Below, in pieces: positions 49,566 through 58,859 of a DNA stretch of 64,000 nucleotides. The notes beneath the pieces are model-generated. The model saw only the letters and a program-made list of their open reading frames with translations, did no database searches and had not been told where the DNA came from. Each line of letters opens with the position of its first letter. Within the stretch, counting starts at the first letter, position 1. Position numbers and translations under genes: made by a program. The stretch comes from Shigella phage ESh26, in sequence record ON528736, one strand, 5' to 3'.

Positions 49566-49825
49566 ATACTGGCTTCTTTGAGTTTCGTTTTAGCAATAGT
49601 TAACTGATCGAGGCTTTCAGCATAATTCTTCGCGAATTCACAGTCTTCACAATTATCTAGTGCTTCCCAAAATTCATCGTATAAAGCGTCAAAGATAAGT
49701 CCTAAACGAACTTCAGCGTCTTTGATAGCATTCACTTTACCGATTTTCTCTTCAGTGTGCGGCTTATAACCTTTAATGTCTTCAATCATATTTGACTTCC
49801 TCACCAGTACATAAATCATATTCAA
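49523..49825 (-). CDS. hypothetical protein (vs.x)
   Basis: 100-aa ORF. Confidence 0.45.
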   Translation of the reverse strand: MNMIYVLVRKSNMIEDIKGYKPHTEEKIGKVNAIKDAEVRLGLIFDALYDEFWEALDNCEDCEFAKNYAESLDQLTIAKTKLKEASMWACRAVFQPEEKY

Positions 49826-50003
49826 CTAAACGAATAGGTTCATGAATGCCATATCCTTGAACAGAAATTTCTGTCGTAGGATAAATTCCATCAATATCAC
49901 CCATGGTCCACGCTTCATTAAATTGCTGTTCGCCTGAATTACTAAACCACTCGGCGAAAGCATTTAACACATCTTTAGAACCTTCAATAATTATCTTTGC
50001 CAT
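49782..50003 (-). CDS. hypothetical protein (vs.x)
   Basis: 73-aa ORF. Confidence 0.4.
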   Translation of the reverse strand: MAKIIIEGSKDVLNAFAEWFSNSGEQQFNEAWTMGDIDGIYPTTEISVQGYGIHEPIRLVEYDLCTGEEVKYD

Positions 50004-50365
50004 TACAAGCTCTCAGTAAAGGTACGAGCGATAACGTCGCGCTGCTGTTCCGGAGTCAGAGAGTTAAAGCGAACTGCATAACCGGATACACGGATGGTCA
50101 GCTGCGGATATTTTTCCGGATGCTTAACTGCATCTTCAAGAGTTTCACGACGCAGAACGTTAACGTTCAGGTGTTGACCACCTTCAATTTTAACTGTAGG
50201 CTGTGATTCAATTTCAATTTCACGGGTGTGCAAACCGTAGAAAATTTCTGGGTCTACAAAAGAGTCCTCTTTAAAGGTTTTAGAAACAATAATTCGTGCT
50301 TGAATACCATCTTCAAAATAAATAGTACCTTTATGTGTGCCTTCAAGAATTTGATATGCTTTCAT
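50003..50365 (-). CDS. autonomous glycyl radical cofactor (GrcA/YfiD-like)
   Basis: 120 aa; C-terminal half [42 protein letters not shown] matches the GrcA glycyl radical domain. Confidence 0.85.
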   Translation of the reverse strand: MKAYQILEGTHKGTIYFEDGIQARIIVSKTFKEDSFVDPEIFYGLHTREIEIESQPTVKIEGGQHLNVNVLRRETLEDAVKHPEKYPQLTIRVSGYAVRFNSLTPEQQRDVIARTFTESL

Positions 50366-50371
50366 ATAACC

Positions 50372-50701
50372 TCAATTAGAAAATAAATTTATCCAAGACT
50401 GTTCTTTAATTAAAAATGGCTCAGAATCATATGCCATTAAACTTTGGGTGATTAGTCCTTTAAAAGGTCCATCAATAAATTCCATGGTAAAATATGGAAT
50501 TTTATTCATTAATCTTGCATTAGGAGCAGTACACAAAACTCTGCATCCTTTGAATACACCTTTTTGTAATTTGTATTGCTTAGGATAAAATTCGCTCAAG
50601 ACGTTGTTATTTGCCAAAATTTCAAAATGATTCACCAATTTATTTTTAATAGTTTTTGGCGAAAAATAAAGATATTCGAAAAGCTGTGTGTCTGTCATCA
50701 T
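50372..50701 (-). CDS. hypothetical protein
   Basis: Start set at MMTDTQLFEY to remove overlap with upstream gene. Confidence 0.4.
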   Translation of the reverse strand: MMTDTQLFEYLYFSPKTIKNKLVNHFEILANNNVLSEFYPKQYKLQKGVFKGCRVLCTAPNARLMNKIPYFTMEFIDGPFKGLITQSLMAYDSEPFLIKEQSWINLFSN

Positions 50702-51237
50702 TGCATTCCGATTACGAAAAACTGCGGACGAGTAATACCACCAATGCAACATTTAATATTACAGCAGTAGTGTACAGTGTCAATATGGACACTATAAATC
50801 TTATCCATATCAGGAGATTTAACAGGCTCATCAATTATATACAAAATTCGAGAAAGCGATAAACCTCTGAACTTGCTTCCTTTATTACCGATAAAACTAC
50901 GGACAGAATCAGTAAATAAGCGGAATCGAATATCATCACTAGAATAACGAGAAAATTCTTTTTTAATGTGGCCTGCAGAAATTTTAGCGTAAGCTGAAGT
51001 ATTAGAAAGAACAATAACTGTTCCACCGTCATACAGCCAATTAGCAGCAAAGTTAGTCACAGCAGTTGATTTACCAGATTGACGTCCACCATCTAGTCGA
51101 AGTGTGCAATACTGTTTGAGTAAGTCTTCAAATGGTGGGATATAATCGTTTTTACAAATTTCTTCTACTCTAGCATCAGAATGGTGTGTAAAAGCATTCA
51201 TCAGGGATAGATAAGGGCCAGTTAAAAATGTTCTCAT
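50698..51237 (-). CDS. small P-loop NTPase
   Basis: Walker A GGRQSGKST, Walker B ILYIIDEP; start at MRTFLTGPY after promoter-RBS cassette. Confidence 0.5.
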   Translation of the reverse strand: MRTFLTGPYLSLMNAFTHHSDARVEEICKNDYIPPFEDLLKQYCTLRLDGGRQSGKSTAVTNFAANWLYDGGTVIVLSNTSAYAKISAGHIKKEFSRYSSDDIRFRLFTDSVRSFIGNKGSKFRGLSLSRILYIIDEPVKSPDMDKIYSVHIDTVHYCCNIKCCIGGITRPQFFVIGMQ

Positions 51238-51390
51238 TTTATTCTCTCTAAATTTGGGCCATTCCATGGCACATGAATTGTCCATTTCTGTATTTACCCA
51301 TTACCGCACTCAGGCTCGACCTTATTACAGGTTGGCGGGAATCCCTCATAGAATCATGAGGTCCAGCTTGTTCCCATATTTCTTATTTGC

Positions 51391-51789
51391 TTATTTGAAT
51401 GATTTGACGTACTGAATAGAACCTTTACTATTCACGAAAGCGATTTTACCATTTTTGTTATACATGGTAGCAGTACGCTGATAGCCATAAGTTTGCTTAC
51501 CAGATTGATAACCAACTAATGCAAAATTATCTTCACCCATTTTATTCTGCTTCGCGCGGATACGTTCATGACCGTGCGCCATAAGAACCTTAGCATCGCC
51601 AGTTGAAATTGATCTACGAGTTTTTTCATCTTCAACTGTACTAACAAAGTCGTCAAATGAATCAAATTTAGCATGAGATTTATTATACAGTTTTCCATCT
51701 ACTGCATAATTATATCCCTGTACATCCATCTCAACTTCTGTACCATCATCCAATACAGCAGTGATTTTTTGACCTTTTTTAAATTTCAA
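51391..51789 (-). CDS. hypothetical protein
   Basis: 132-aa ORF. Confidence 0.5.
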   Translation of the reverse strand: MKFKKGQKITAVLDDGTEVEMDVQGYNYAVDGKLYNKSHAKFDSFDDFVSTVEDEKTRRSISTGDAKVLMAHGHERIRAKQNKMGEDNFALVGYQSGKQTYGYQRTATMYNKNGKIAFVNSKGSIQYVKSFK

Positions 51790-51877
51790 AAGATCAGTAA
51801 AAGATTCAGCAATAATTTGAGAATTAATAGCTGGCTGCTTCAGTGATAAATTCTTGATATGTTTTCATGTGTTTCCT

Positions 51878-52294
51878 TTAAATGTAAATATTTTTACCGT
51901 AGTATTTATACCAGTGTGGCTTCATTAAAATTTTTTCATCGAGTCGTTGTTGACTCAATTTAATAGCAGATTTGCATGGATTATAATCATTTTTCCATTC
52001 TGCTGGAATATCGCTGATGTCAGGAACTTCAGTATCTTTTATACTAAACCCACGTTTTAAGCATTCCGTTATAATGTCTGATTGACGCTTTCGCAAAAAT
52101 TCTAACTTATCGTAAAAGAACGTAACATGACCAGAACCTAAAATAAACTCAGAAGATATTTTAAAATCTTTAACCCGCTTACCATTTGCCACGTGTTTAC
52201 GAACTATACCAAAAACACGTGGCAATTCACGGTATTCTGCGATTAAATGTTGATCAGCAAGTTCAGATACTAAAGTCAAATTAATACGAGTCAT
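51878..52294 (-). CDS. denV: endonuclease V (pyrimidine dimer glycosylase) DenV
   Basis: Start at [17 protein letters not shown] (138 aa, GGAGG RBS); promoter 52321-52350. Confidence 0.9.
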   Translation of the reverse strand: MTRINLTLVSELADQHLIAEYRELPRVFGIVRKHVANGKRVKDFKISSEFILGSGHVTFFYDKLEFLRKRQSDIITECLKRGFSIKDTEVPDISDIPAEWKNDYNPCKSAIKLSQQRLDEKILMKPHWYKYYGKNIYI

Positions 52295-52320
52295 TTTATC
52301 CCTCCAAGTAACTGTGAATA

Positions 52321-52350
52321 ATACTATCACAATTCTAGGAGAAAGTAAAC
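52321..52350 (-). promoter_or_regulatory. early promoter upstream of denV
   Basis: gtaaac 52345-52350, atacta 52321-52326. Confidence 0.55.
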
Positions 52351-52354
52351 AACT

Positions 52355-52885
<531 letters not shown>

Positions 52886-53341
52886 TTAAAAGAGGCTGTT
52901 CATTATTCGGTAAAGTGAAGGGCCCATCACATATTGCCACTGAGTACGAGGAATAAGAGCAAAAGCATCCATCTCTGGAATCATAACGCCATCTTTATTT
53001 TCAAAATAAGACTCGCAATGGCAATTTCTGAACATCTCATGCTCTACTGGAATCGTATAATAAAATAACTGTAAGTCTTTATTACTAGAATATTTAAATA
53101 CACCTAGGTCTTCTAGAAGGTCTGGATTATAATTGTTAAAACCAGTCTCTTCTGAGCATTCTCTTCGTGCTGCATCTAATGCGCTTAAATCAGAATTTTC
53201 TACACGCCCCTTTGGAATATCCCAGCGATGTGCCATCATTCCAGGCTTACGAGAACCAGTAACTCGTCCCATAAATAAATCTTTATCTTCTGTCATAAAG
53301 ATAATACCAGCTGATAATGTTTTCATTTTAATTTCCTGCAT
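52886..53341 (-). CDS. nudE: Nudix hydrolase NudE
   Basis: 151 aa; Nudix box GRVENSDLSALDAARRECSEETGF. Confidence 0.8.
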   Translation of the reverse strand: MQEIKMKTLSAGIIFMTEDKDLFMGRVTGSRKPGMMAHRWDIPKGRVENSDLSALDAARRECSEETGFNNYNPDLLEDLGVFKYSSNKDLQLFYYTIPVEHEMFRNCHCESYFENKDGVMIPEMDAFALIPRTQWQYVMGPSLYRIMNSLF

Positions 53342-53811
53342 TCAGTGATAAAGTTATTTAAATTTTGGGTATATTTCTTTTCATCAAAAATCTTTTGCTG
53401 CCTACGTAACCGCCATGGCATTTCAATGAACACGCACCATATTCCTGATAGTACTGCTGCTGTAAAAATATTAACAAGTATAATTAAAAGAATCCAATCT
53501 TCCGTTCTGCCTACTGGACTTTCTCCAAAGAAGCAAAATACAAATGATGTCACAGGAAAACTAATAATATACCACAGAATAACCTTCTTATCTGTGAACC
53601 AATCAGCGTTCGTTAACTTAGCACGACCATTTTGAATACACACGAATTTATCATCTGTTACAGTAGATGGCTTAACTGCTTGATATCCCATTCTAAACTC
53701 CCTAATTAATCGTTTCTTTGTATCTTCAGAACAGCCGCTCCAGTCAACTCTATCAACTGAAATGCCATCGTCCCCATCATCTAAATCATACCAGCGAGTT
53801 TTTAAAATCAT
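53323..53811 (-). CDS. membrane protein, CRK-tail family member 1
   Basis: 162 aa; two TM segments; C-terminus NFITECRKLK. Confidence 0.5.
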   Translation of the reverse strand: MILKTRWYDLDDGDDGISVDRVDWSGCSEDTKKRLIREFRMGYQAVKPSTVTDDKFVCIQNGRAKLTNADWFTDKKVILWYIISFPVTSFVFCFFGESPVGRTEDWILLIILVNIFTAAVLSGIWCVFIEMPWRLRRQQKIFDEKKYTQNLNNFITECRKLK

Positions 53812-54170
53812 TTAATTTTCCTACAATCACTCACAAACTCTTCCATTGATTCTTTTTCAATATAAGACATGTAGTTATTATATTCCTTTAATTGTATTTT
53901 GTAATCCTTTTTTCTTTGCCAATTTATTTTAAAATTATCATAATGAAAATATATCATGGTACCAAAGAATGAAAATAATGAAATCGCTATAGTATAATGA
54001 AGTTCACTCCAAACTTCTATTATATTTACTGTGCCGTCGATATTTAAAATAAGACAGTCAATTAACAATCCAATAAGACTACCCGCAAGAGCTGCAGCCA
54101 ACGCCACAGCAAAAATTAAAAATGACTCAGGAAGCGAATATTTGACTTTATTTAGTTTTGGCTTTTGCAT
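53808..54170 (-). CDS. membrane protein, CRK-tail family member 2
   Basis: 120 aa; TM segments; C-terminus EEFVSDCRKIK. Confidence 0.5.
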   Translation of the reverse strand: MQKPKLNKVKYSLPESFLIFAVALAAALAGSLIGLLIDCLILNIDGTVNIIEVWSELHYTIAISLFSFFGTMIYFHYDNFKINWQRKKDYKIQLKEYNNYMSYIEKESMEEFVSDCRKIK

Positions 54171-54565
54171 CGTGATTCCTTAACAAATTTCATAATTTCA
54201 TCAAATTCATACGCAGCAAGTTTAAGCTGGTGTTCCTTTTTAATCTTTTTACACTGTGCTTTCCAATCACGTACGCGTTTACGATAATGTCTTCCTTGAT
54301 ACCAGTATCCTACCCAATTTACGGGTACTAATAAAAGTGGAACTATTAATGGAAGAATTAGCATTAACACAAGTATTTCGCCAGAATCAATATCAGTCAT
54401 AACATCTAAAACACCTCCAATAATCAGTAGAATTACAAATGATATAAGTATTACAGGACCTATTAATACATCAGTAGAAATTATCTGGCGCTTTAATTCA
54501 TACTTTAAAGGTTTACTTGGAAGATACATTGATGGCTTTGACATATTCTCTACATTCCTTAACAA
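54152..54565 (-). CDS. membrane protein, CRK-tail family member 3
   Basis: 137 aa; TM segments; C-terminus IMKFVKESRCKSQN. Confidence 0.5.
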   Translation of the reverse strand: MLRNVENMSKPSMYLPSKPLKYELKRQIISTDVLIGPVILISFVILLIIGGVLDVMTDIDSGEILVLMLILPLIVPLLLVPVNWVGYWYQGRHYRKRVRDWKAQCKKIKKEHQLKLAAYEFDEIMKFVKESRCKSQN

Positions 54566-55127
54566 ATTTTTCTAATAATAAATCGCTTTCAAAATTAGGA
54601 TTTTCCACGAATTTATCAAAAAGATCATCAACAATAGTTAAGATATTCTTTTTACTAAGAATACGTTTATTTTCATATTTTGTTTCAGAATCAACTATAA
54701 GAGTAAAGAAATATTTCTTTCCCTGAAATTTTACCGTAGTATCAATATAGAACAAATTTGACTTTTGTAAATTACGTTTAAACCATGCGTCACTTAAACT
54801 ATAAACGCCAAGATAATCATAATCGTCATTTAAATAACAAACTGTCCATTCAGGAGAAATGAAATCAGTAAATTCAACATCAAAATCACATGTCAATGAA
54901 TGAATTGATTCAATACTTTTAATGAGTATTCCAGGACGTATTAAAGACTTTTTACCTCTAGAAAATCTTCCAGAAAGACTTTCATCAGTTTCATATGAAG
55001 ACCCCCAATAGTAATTACGTCCTTCTGCCATGCGTTTAAGAGCATTTAGTAATTGGTCTGGAACATCAACCTGTCTTTGGAACTCTTCAAACATTGAATT
55101 GAAATCACTTTGCATTTTCATTTTCAT
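54513..55127 (-). CDS. hypothetical protein with related C-terminal motif
   Basis: 204 aa; C-terminus EKFVKECREYVKAINVSSK. Confidence 0.5.
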   Translation of the reverse strand: MKMKMQSDFNSMFEEFQRQVDVPDQLLNALKRMAEGRNYYWGSSYETDESLSGRFSRGKKSLIRPGILIKSIESIHSLTCDFDVEFTDFISPEWTVCYLNDDYDYLGVYSLSDAWFKRNLQKSNLFYIDTTVKFQGKKYFFTLIVDSETKYENKRILSKKNILTIVDDLFDKFVENPNFESDLLLEKFVKECREYVKAINVSSK

Positions 55128-55147
55128 TCCTATTTACTCCAAGTAAT

Positions 55148-55163
55148 AGGGGCCGAAGCCCCT
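55148..55163 (-). terminator. UUCG-loop hairpin after PspA-like gene
   Basis: aggggccgaagcccct. Confidence 0.55.
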
Positions 55164-55168
55164 TATCA

Positions 55169-55762
55169 TTATTTCAGGGAATTAATGTATTCCTGAACAT
55201 CGGCAGAGGTAGTTTCAACCCCAGAAATATTACCGTTAAAGGTTTCAACTCGAGCAAGGGTATCTTCAATATCAACCTTAGTCAGTGCTGCAATTTCAAC
55301 TACATCATCGGCAGTACTAATTCCAAGGGCATTTGCTGCACGAGTTTCACGGATATATTCCAATTTAACTGCAAGTTCTTGGCGAGCATCATCTAATTCA
55401 ACTACTTTCTTGGCGATTTCAATTCGCATTTCAGCATAACCGTCAGCCTTAGTAGTCAACTGCTCAGCTGTTCGACGATATAGTAAACCGAGTTTAGCAT
55501 GCATTGTTACATCTTGACCTTCGGAAAGAAGTTTACGAATTTCACGCTCTTTTGATTCAGCCTGTCGATTCTTTTCGACAATAAGTTCACGAATACGTTT
55601 TTCTTCATTAATAGATTTAACAGAAGCAGTTTTTAGATCTTTAATTTTATCAAGTAGTTTTGCTGCTGCAGCAGTATACTGTTCTTCAACAGATAGATTT
55701 TTAGCCATAGCAGAACCAAGTTTAGTGCGAATAAACTCAACAATTTTCTTCAGTGTGTTCAT
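55169..55762 (-). CDS. coiled-coil protein, PspA/IM30-like
   Basis: 197 aa; heptad-rich; [11 protein letters not shown] resembles PspA DDTLARM; terminator downstream. Confidence 0.45.
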   Translation of the reverse strand: MNTLKKIVEFIRTKLGSAMAKNLSVEEQYTAAAAKLLDKIKDLKTASVKSINEEKRIRELIVEKNRQAESKEREIRKLLSEGQDVTMHAKLGLLYRRTAEQLTTKADGYAEMRIEIAKKVVELDDARQELAVKLEYIRETRAANALGISTADDVVEIAALTKVDIEDTLARVETFNGNISGVETTSADVQEYINSLK

Positions 55763-55836
55763 AGTATTTCCTTAGGTTGATTAAGATTTAAAATCCGTGT
55801 AGAATTATATCCTGTTATTTGAGAAATGTAAACATG

Positions 55837-56235
55837 TTATTTCATTTTTGCGAGACAGATTTCATTGGCTTCCCATTGAGCTTGCTTAATAATAGCTTTG
55901 GATACAGGAACCTTTTGACCATAAGTTTTTGACGTTGAGAGAACAATATATTTGTTTGCCTCATTATGCCAACCCCATGATTCTTCGCCATGAGTACCTT
56001 TAACTACAGCTGACACCTCAACAGAGCAGCCATCAGAACTAATCTTGGTGTCTACAATCCATTCATTTCTCTCGACAGCTTCATTTTCAGACCTCATTTT
56101 TTCTTCATACACGGCGGCCCAATCAGTTTTTGTCAAGCTTAAACTAAGAGCTTTCTCTAATTCTTTGGCAGCTTTTTGTTGTTCGGGTGTTAATGAATTA
56201 TATAACTCTCGCATTTCTTTATCTTCAATATTCAT
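55837..56235 (-). CDS. hypothetical protein
   Basis: 132-aa ORF. Confidence 0.45.
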   Translation of the reverse strand: MNIEDKEMRELYNSLTPEQQKAAKELEKALSLSLTKTDWAAVYEEKMRSENEAVERNEWIVDTKISSDGCSVEVSAVVKGTHGEESWGWHNEANKYIVLSTSKTYGQKVPVSKAIIKQAQWEANEICLAKMK

Positions 56236-56290
56236 TATGTTCTCCTCAAGTTACAGGCTCATAATATCTAAATCATGAGCCTATGTAAAC

Positions 56291-56554
56291 TTATTTCATA
56301 TTATTGAAATATTCTTCTGCGATTTCGTCGTTATCATGGTAAACTTTAGAAGACAGTTTAACATAACCTTCAGCTGTGAACATATTAATCACAACTTTTA
56401 CAGTATACCACTGACCATCTTCATTACCCATTACTGCGTAAGTTTCAAACATCGGATGGTCAGGACCGATAACTTTAATATCATTCACTGTACGACCGAA
56501 ATCTTCTGAAACGCATTTCATAAAGAAGTTGAACAGTTCGCCGTAATTATCCAT
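56291..56554 (-). CDS. hypothetical protein
   Basis: Start at MDNYGELFNFF after promoter-RBS cassette 56596-56630. Confidence 0.45.
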   Translation of the reverse strand: MDNYGELFNFFMKCVSEDFGRTVNDIKVIGPDHPMFETYAVMGNEDGQWYTVKVVINMFTAEGYVKLSSKVYHDNDEIAEEYFNNMK

Positions 56555-56595
56555 TTCATTCTCCAAGTTGTTTTTCTGTATCAGTAGTTGATAGT

Positions 56596-56630
56596 TGTAT
56601 AGTACCATGGAAGAACAGGGATGTAAATAG
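56596..56630 (-). promoter_or_regulatory. early promoter, cassette copy
   Basis: gtaaat 56623-56628, atagta 56598-56603. Confidence 0.55.
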
Positions 56631-56751
56631 TTTTGTGAAAAAATTTTTAGGGAATTATGGGGCAGGGAGGGGCAATTAAAAGGTAGGATAATATATTATA
56701 AAGGGTATAAACTAAATGATGCCTAGAGATGCCCAGAAAGGCCTAGATACC

Positions 56752-56777
56752 AAAAAGCCCTATCATTTAGATAGGGA
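56752..56777 (-). terminator. intrinsic terminator after IPIII-like gene
   Basis: a-run then gccctatc-attta-gataggg. Confidence 0.55.
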
Positions 56778-56784
56778 TTTAAAA

Positions 56785-57348
56785 TTATTTATCTAGTTTA
56801 GTTATTATAGCTTCTGCAGCAGCTTTTAGCTTAGATGCGGTGTTAATACGATTTTTAATTTCAGTATACGCATCGCCAAGAACATCAAGGCTATCAGAAT
56901 AAACACTTACACTATTGCGTTCGCTATTTGAAATAGAACCTTTAGTTTTGCGGTCAAAATCGGTGTACACGTCTTGAAGATCGCGGGCTGCCTTCTTTGC
57001 ATCATCCAATGCATCAAGAGCTTTATTCAAAGCATTAACGTATTTTTTAGTGTCGAACATATTCTTAGAAATTTTAACAGGTGCGCGTTCAGGAGTAGCT
57101 AACACAGATTTAGGAACCTGAGCGCCAGATGCCAATTTCTTAGAAATTTTGAAAAATGCTTTATTGAATTTATTTTCTTGACTCATTGTAAAAGAACTAT
57201 TATCGATGTTGTACATTTCAATAGCTTTAGCTTTCCACTTAAGAAAATCGCCGCGGTCTTTTGGGTCCAATTGGAAGAATACTTTAGTAAGATCTGCTTC
57301 AGATGGTAATTTTGCTGCTTCGGTTAAAAATTCGGCATAGGTTTTCAT
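56785..57348 (-). CDS. internal head protein (IPIII-like)
   Basis: 187 aa; N-terminal MKTYAEFLTEA capsid-targeting-sequence-like; terminator downstream. Confidence 0.65.
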   Translation of the reverse strand: MKTYAEFLTEAAKLPSEADLTKVFFQLDPKDRGDFLKWKAKAIEMYNIDNSSFTMSQENKFNKAFFKISKKLASGAQVPKSVLATPERAPVKISKNMFDTKKYVNALNKALDALDDAKKAARDLQDVYTDFDRKTKGSISNSERNSVSVYSDSLDVLGDAYTEIKNRINTASKLKAAAEAIITKLDK

Positions 57349-57438
57349 TTAAAATCCTTGAAATAATTTATCGGTTGGTTATTAATTATTTATTACTTTG
57401 TTACTATCCGTAGCAGCATTCTCTATGTGATTCAAACC

Positions 57439-57466
57439 AAAAAGCCCCAACCTTTCGGCTGGGGTT
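57439..57466 (-). terminator. intrinsic terminator after IPII-like gene
   Basis: aaaaa then gccccaacc-tttc-ggctgggg (GNRA-type loop on transcript). Confidence 0.6.
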
Positions 57467-57473
57467 AAGAATG

Positions 57474-57947
57474 TTATTTGATTTGTTTAGCAGACCAAAT
57501 GCGGTCTTTAATAATTTTTTGGATGTCTTCAACATACTCAAGAGAGTGAACATGCGGATTATCTTTGAAACTATAAGCACGGGCTAACTTTTGGCCTTCG
57601 GTTTTGATTACTAAAAGCTCTTTAAGGATAGCTTCATATTTAGCGATAATTCCTTTAACGATATTTTTTTCTTGTGCAGCTTTAGGATCTGCTTTAGGAG
57701 CAGGTTTACCCGAAGCCTTTGCAAAAGCAGCGCCAGTAGCAACTAAACTTTTCCAGGCCATACTAACTGCATTTCCCGTAAATCCTTCTGCTTTCATGTC
57801 GCGAGCAAATTGGAATCGTGATTCGTCAGAAGCATCTTTATAGGAATATTTACCCGCTGCAATGGCTGCTTTTGCGACAGCTTGAATTTCGGTGCTAGAT
57901 GCTTCATTTAACACCGCTTCATTTAAAAATTGAGCATATGATTTCAT
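57474..57947 (-). CDS. internal head protein (IPII-like)
   Basis: 157 aa; MKSYAQFLNEA; late promoter TATAAATA at 57988-57995. Confidence 0.65.
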   Translation of the reverse strand: MKSYAQFLNEAVLNEASSTEIQAVAKAAIAAGKYSYKDASDESRFQFARDMKAEGFTGNAVSMAWKSLVATGAAFAKASGKPAPKADPKAAQEKNIVKGIIAKYEAILKELLVIKTEGQKLARAYSFKDNPHVHSLEYVEDIQKIIKDRIWSAKQIK

Positions 57948-57987
57948 CTTATTTCCTGTTTTAATTCGTGGATTTAATATACTACTA

Positions 57988-57995
57988 TATTTATA
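57988..57995 (-). promoter_or_regulatory. late promoter TATAAATA for IPII-like gene
   Basis: Plus-strand tatttata 41 nt upstream of start 57947. Confidence 0.6.
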
Positions 57996-57996
57996 C

Positions 57997-58025
57997 TAAA
58001 AAGCCCCAACCTTTCGGTCGGGGCT
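57997..58025 (-). terminator. intrinsic terminator ending the tRNA-operon transcript
   Basis: aaaaa then agccccaacc-tttc-ggtcggggct. Confidence 0.6.
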
Positions 58026-58336
58026 AAGCCTTGCGGCAACCTTGTCGGGGTTCCACCTGCTAAGGCAAGTGTTTGTACGAAACGCCGGGATTCGAACCCG
58101 GTTATTAAGCAGTTGACGCTACTCAATATTTTTAAAAGGCCATATCTCGACCATATCCGAACGTTCCGTCAAAAACGCTACTCGGCTTACGGCAAAGATA
58201 TTTCCTCGAATCGATAATTCTGTGCGCCGTTTCTGCTGTGATGTAAGGGGACATTAACAGATCGTAAAGATTTGTTAATGCCAGTCCTTACCCAGGGAAC
58301 ATCAGTCCGACGACTTACCGGTAGCGACCCGGTTTC
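58026..58336 (-). ncRNA. structured GC-rich untranslated region after the tRNA operon; possible stable small RNA(s)
   Basis: No ORF; composite hairpin 58243-58291; tRNA T-arm-like CCGGG-TTCGAAT-CCCGG (minus strand) near 58086-58102; ends at terminator 57997-58025. Confidence 0.35.
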
Positions 58337-58687
58337 TTAATATTCTTTTAAAGCATCAATCTGTTCACGGCGTTTACGCCATAAATCAATTGCTTCATAC
58401 GCAGATTCAGCATTTCGAATTAGTCGGCATTTGTGTAAAGACTTGTGATTTTGATATTGCGTAGATAACGAAATTTTATCTAAAAGGTCTTTACGTTCAA
58501 AGTATTCGTAACCATCTAAGCCAAATGAACGATTTTTGAGAAATTGCCAATGACCATATTCGTTTTCGACATAAACATAATCCGCATGTTGATAAAGCAA
58601 ATTAATTACACGTTCAGAAATAACAGTGTCATTGTGATTAAAATAAAATGTTAAATCATGAACTACTAAATAAACATTACCTTTCAT
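58337..58687 (-). CDS. hypothetical protein
   Basis: 116-aa ORF immediately downstream of tRNA-Arg; GAGG RBS. Confidence 0.45.
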   Translation of the reverse strand: MKGNVYLVVHDLTFYFNHNDTVISERVINLLYQHADYVYVENEYGHWQFLKNRSFGLDGYEYFERKDLLDKISLSTQYQNHKSLHKCRLIRNAESAYEAIDLWRKRREQIDALKEY

Positions 58688-58703
58688 ATTTTCCTCACTT
58701 AAT

Positions 58704-58779
58704 TGGTCGAGGCAGTAGGGATCGAACCTACGACCTAGGACTTAGAAGGTCCTTGCTCTTCCTTCTGAGCTATGCCCCG
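58704..58779 (-). tRNA. tRNA-Arg (anticodon TCT)
   Basis: Manual cloverleaf: acceptor CGGGGCA/TGCCTCG, loop CTTCTAA, T-loop TTCGATC, encoded CCA. Confidence 0.85.
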
Positions 58780-58783
58780 TAAT

Positions 58784-58859
58784 TGGGGTGACCGATGGGG
58801 GTCGAACCCATGACTACGAGAATCACAATCTCGAGTTCTACCAACTGAACTACGGCCAC
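58784..58859 (-). tRNA. tRNA-His (anticodon GTG)
   Basis: Manual cloverleaf: acceptor GTGGCCG/CGGTCAC, loop TTGTGAT, discriminator C, encoded CCA; no G at -1. Confidence 0.75.

Noticed and set aside
58086-58140. Possible twelfth tRNA around the T-arm-like element
   Set aside because: No matching acceptor stem or anticodon arm could be built; treated as part of a structured RNA region
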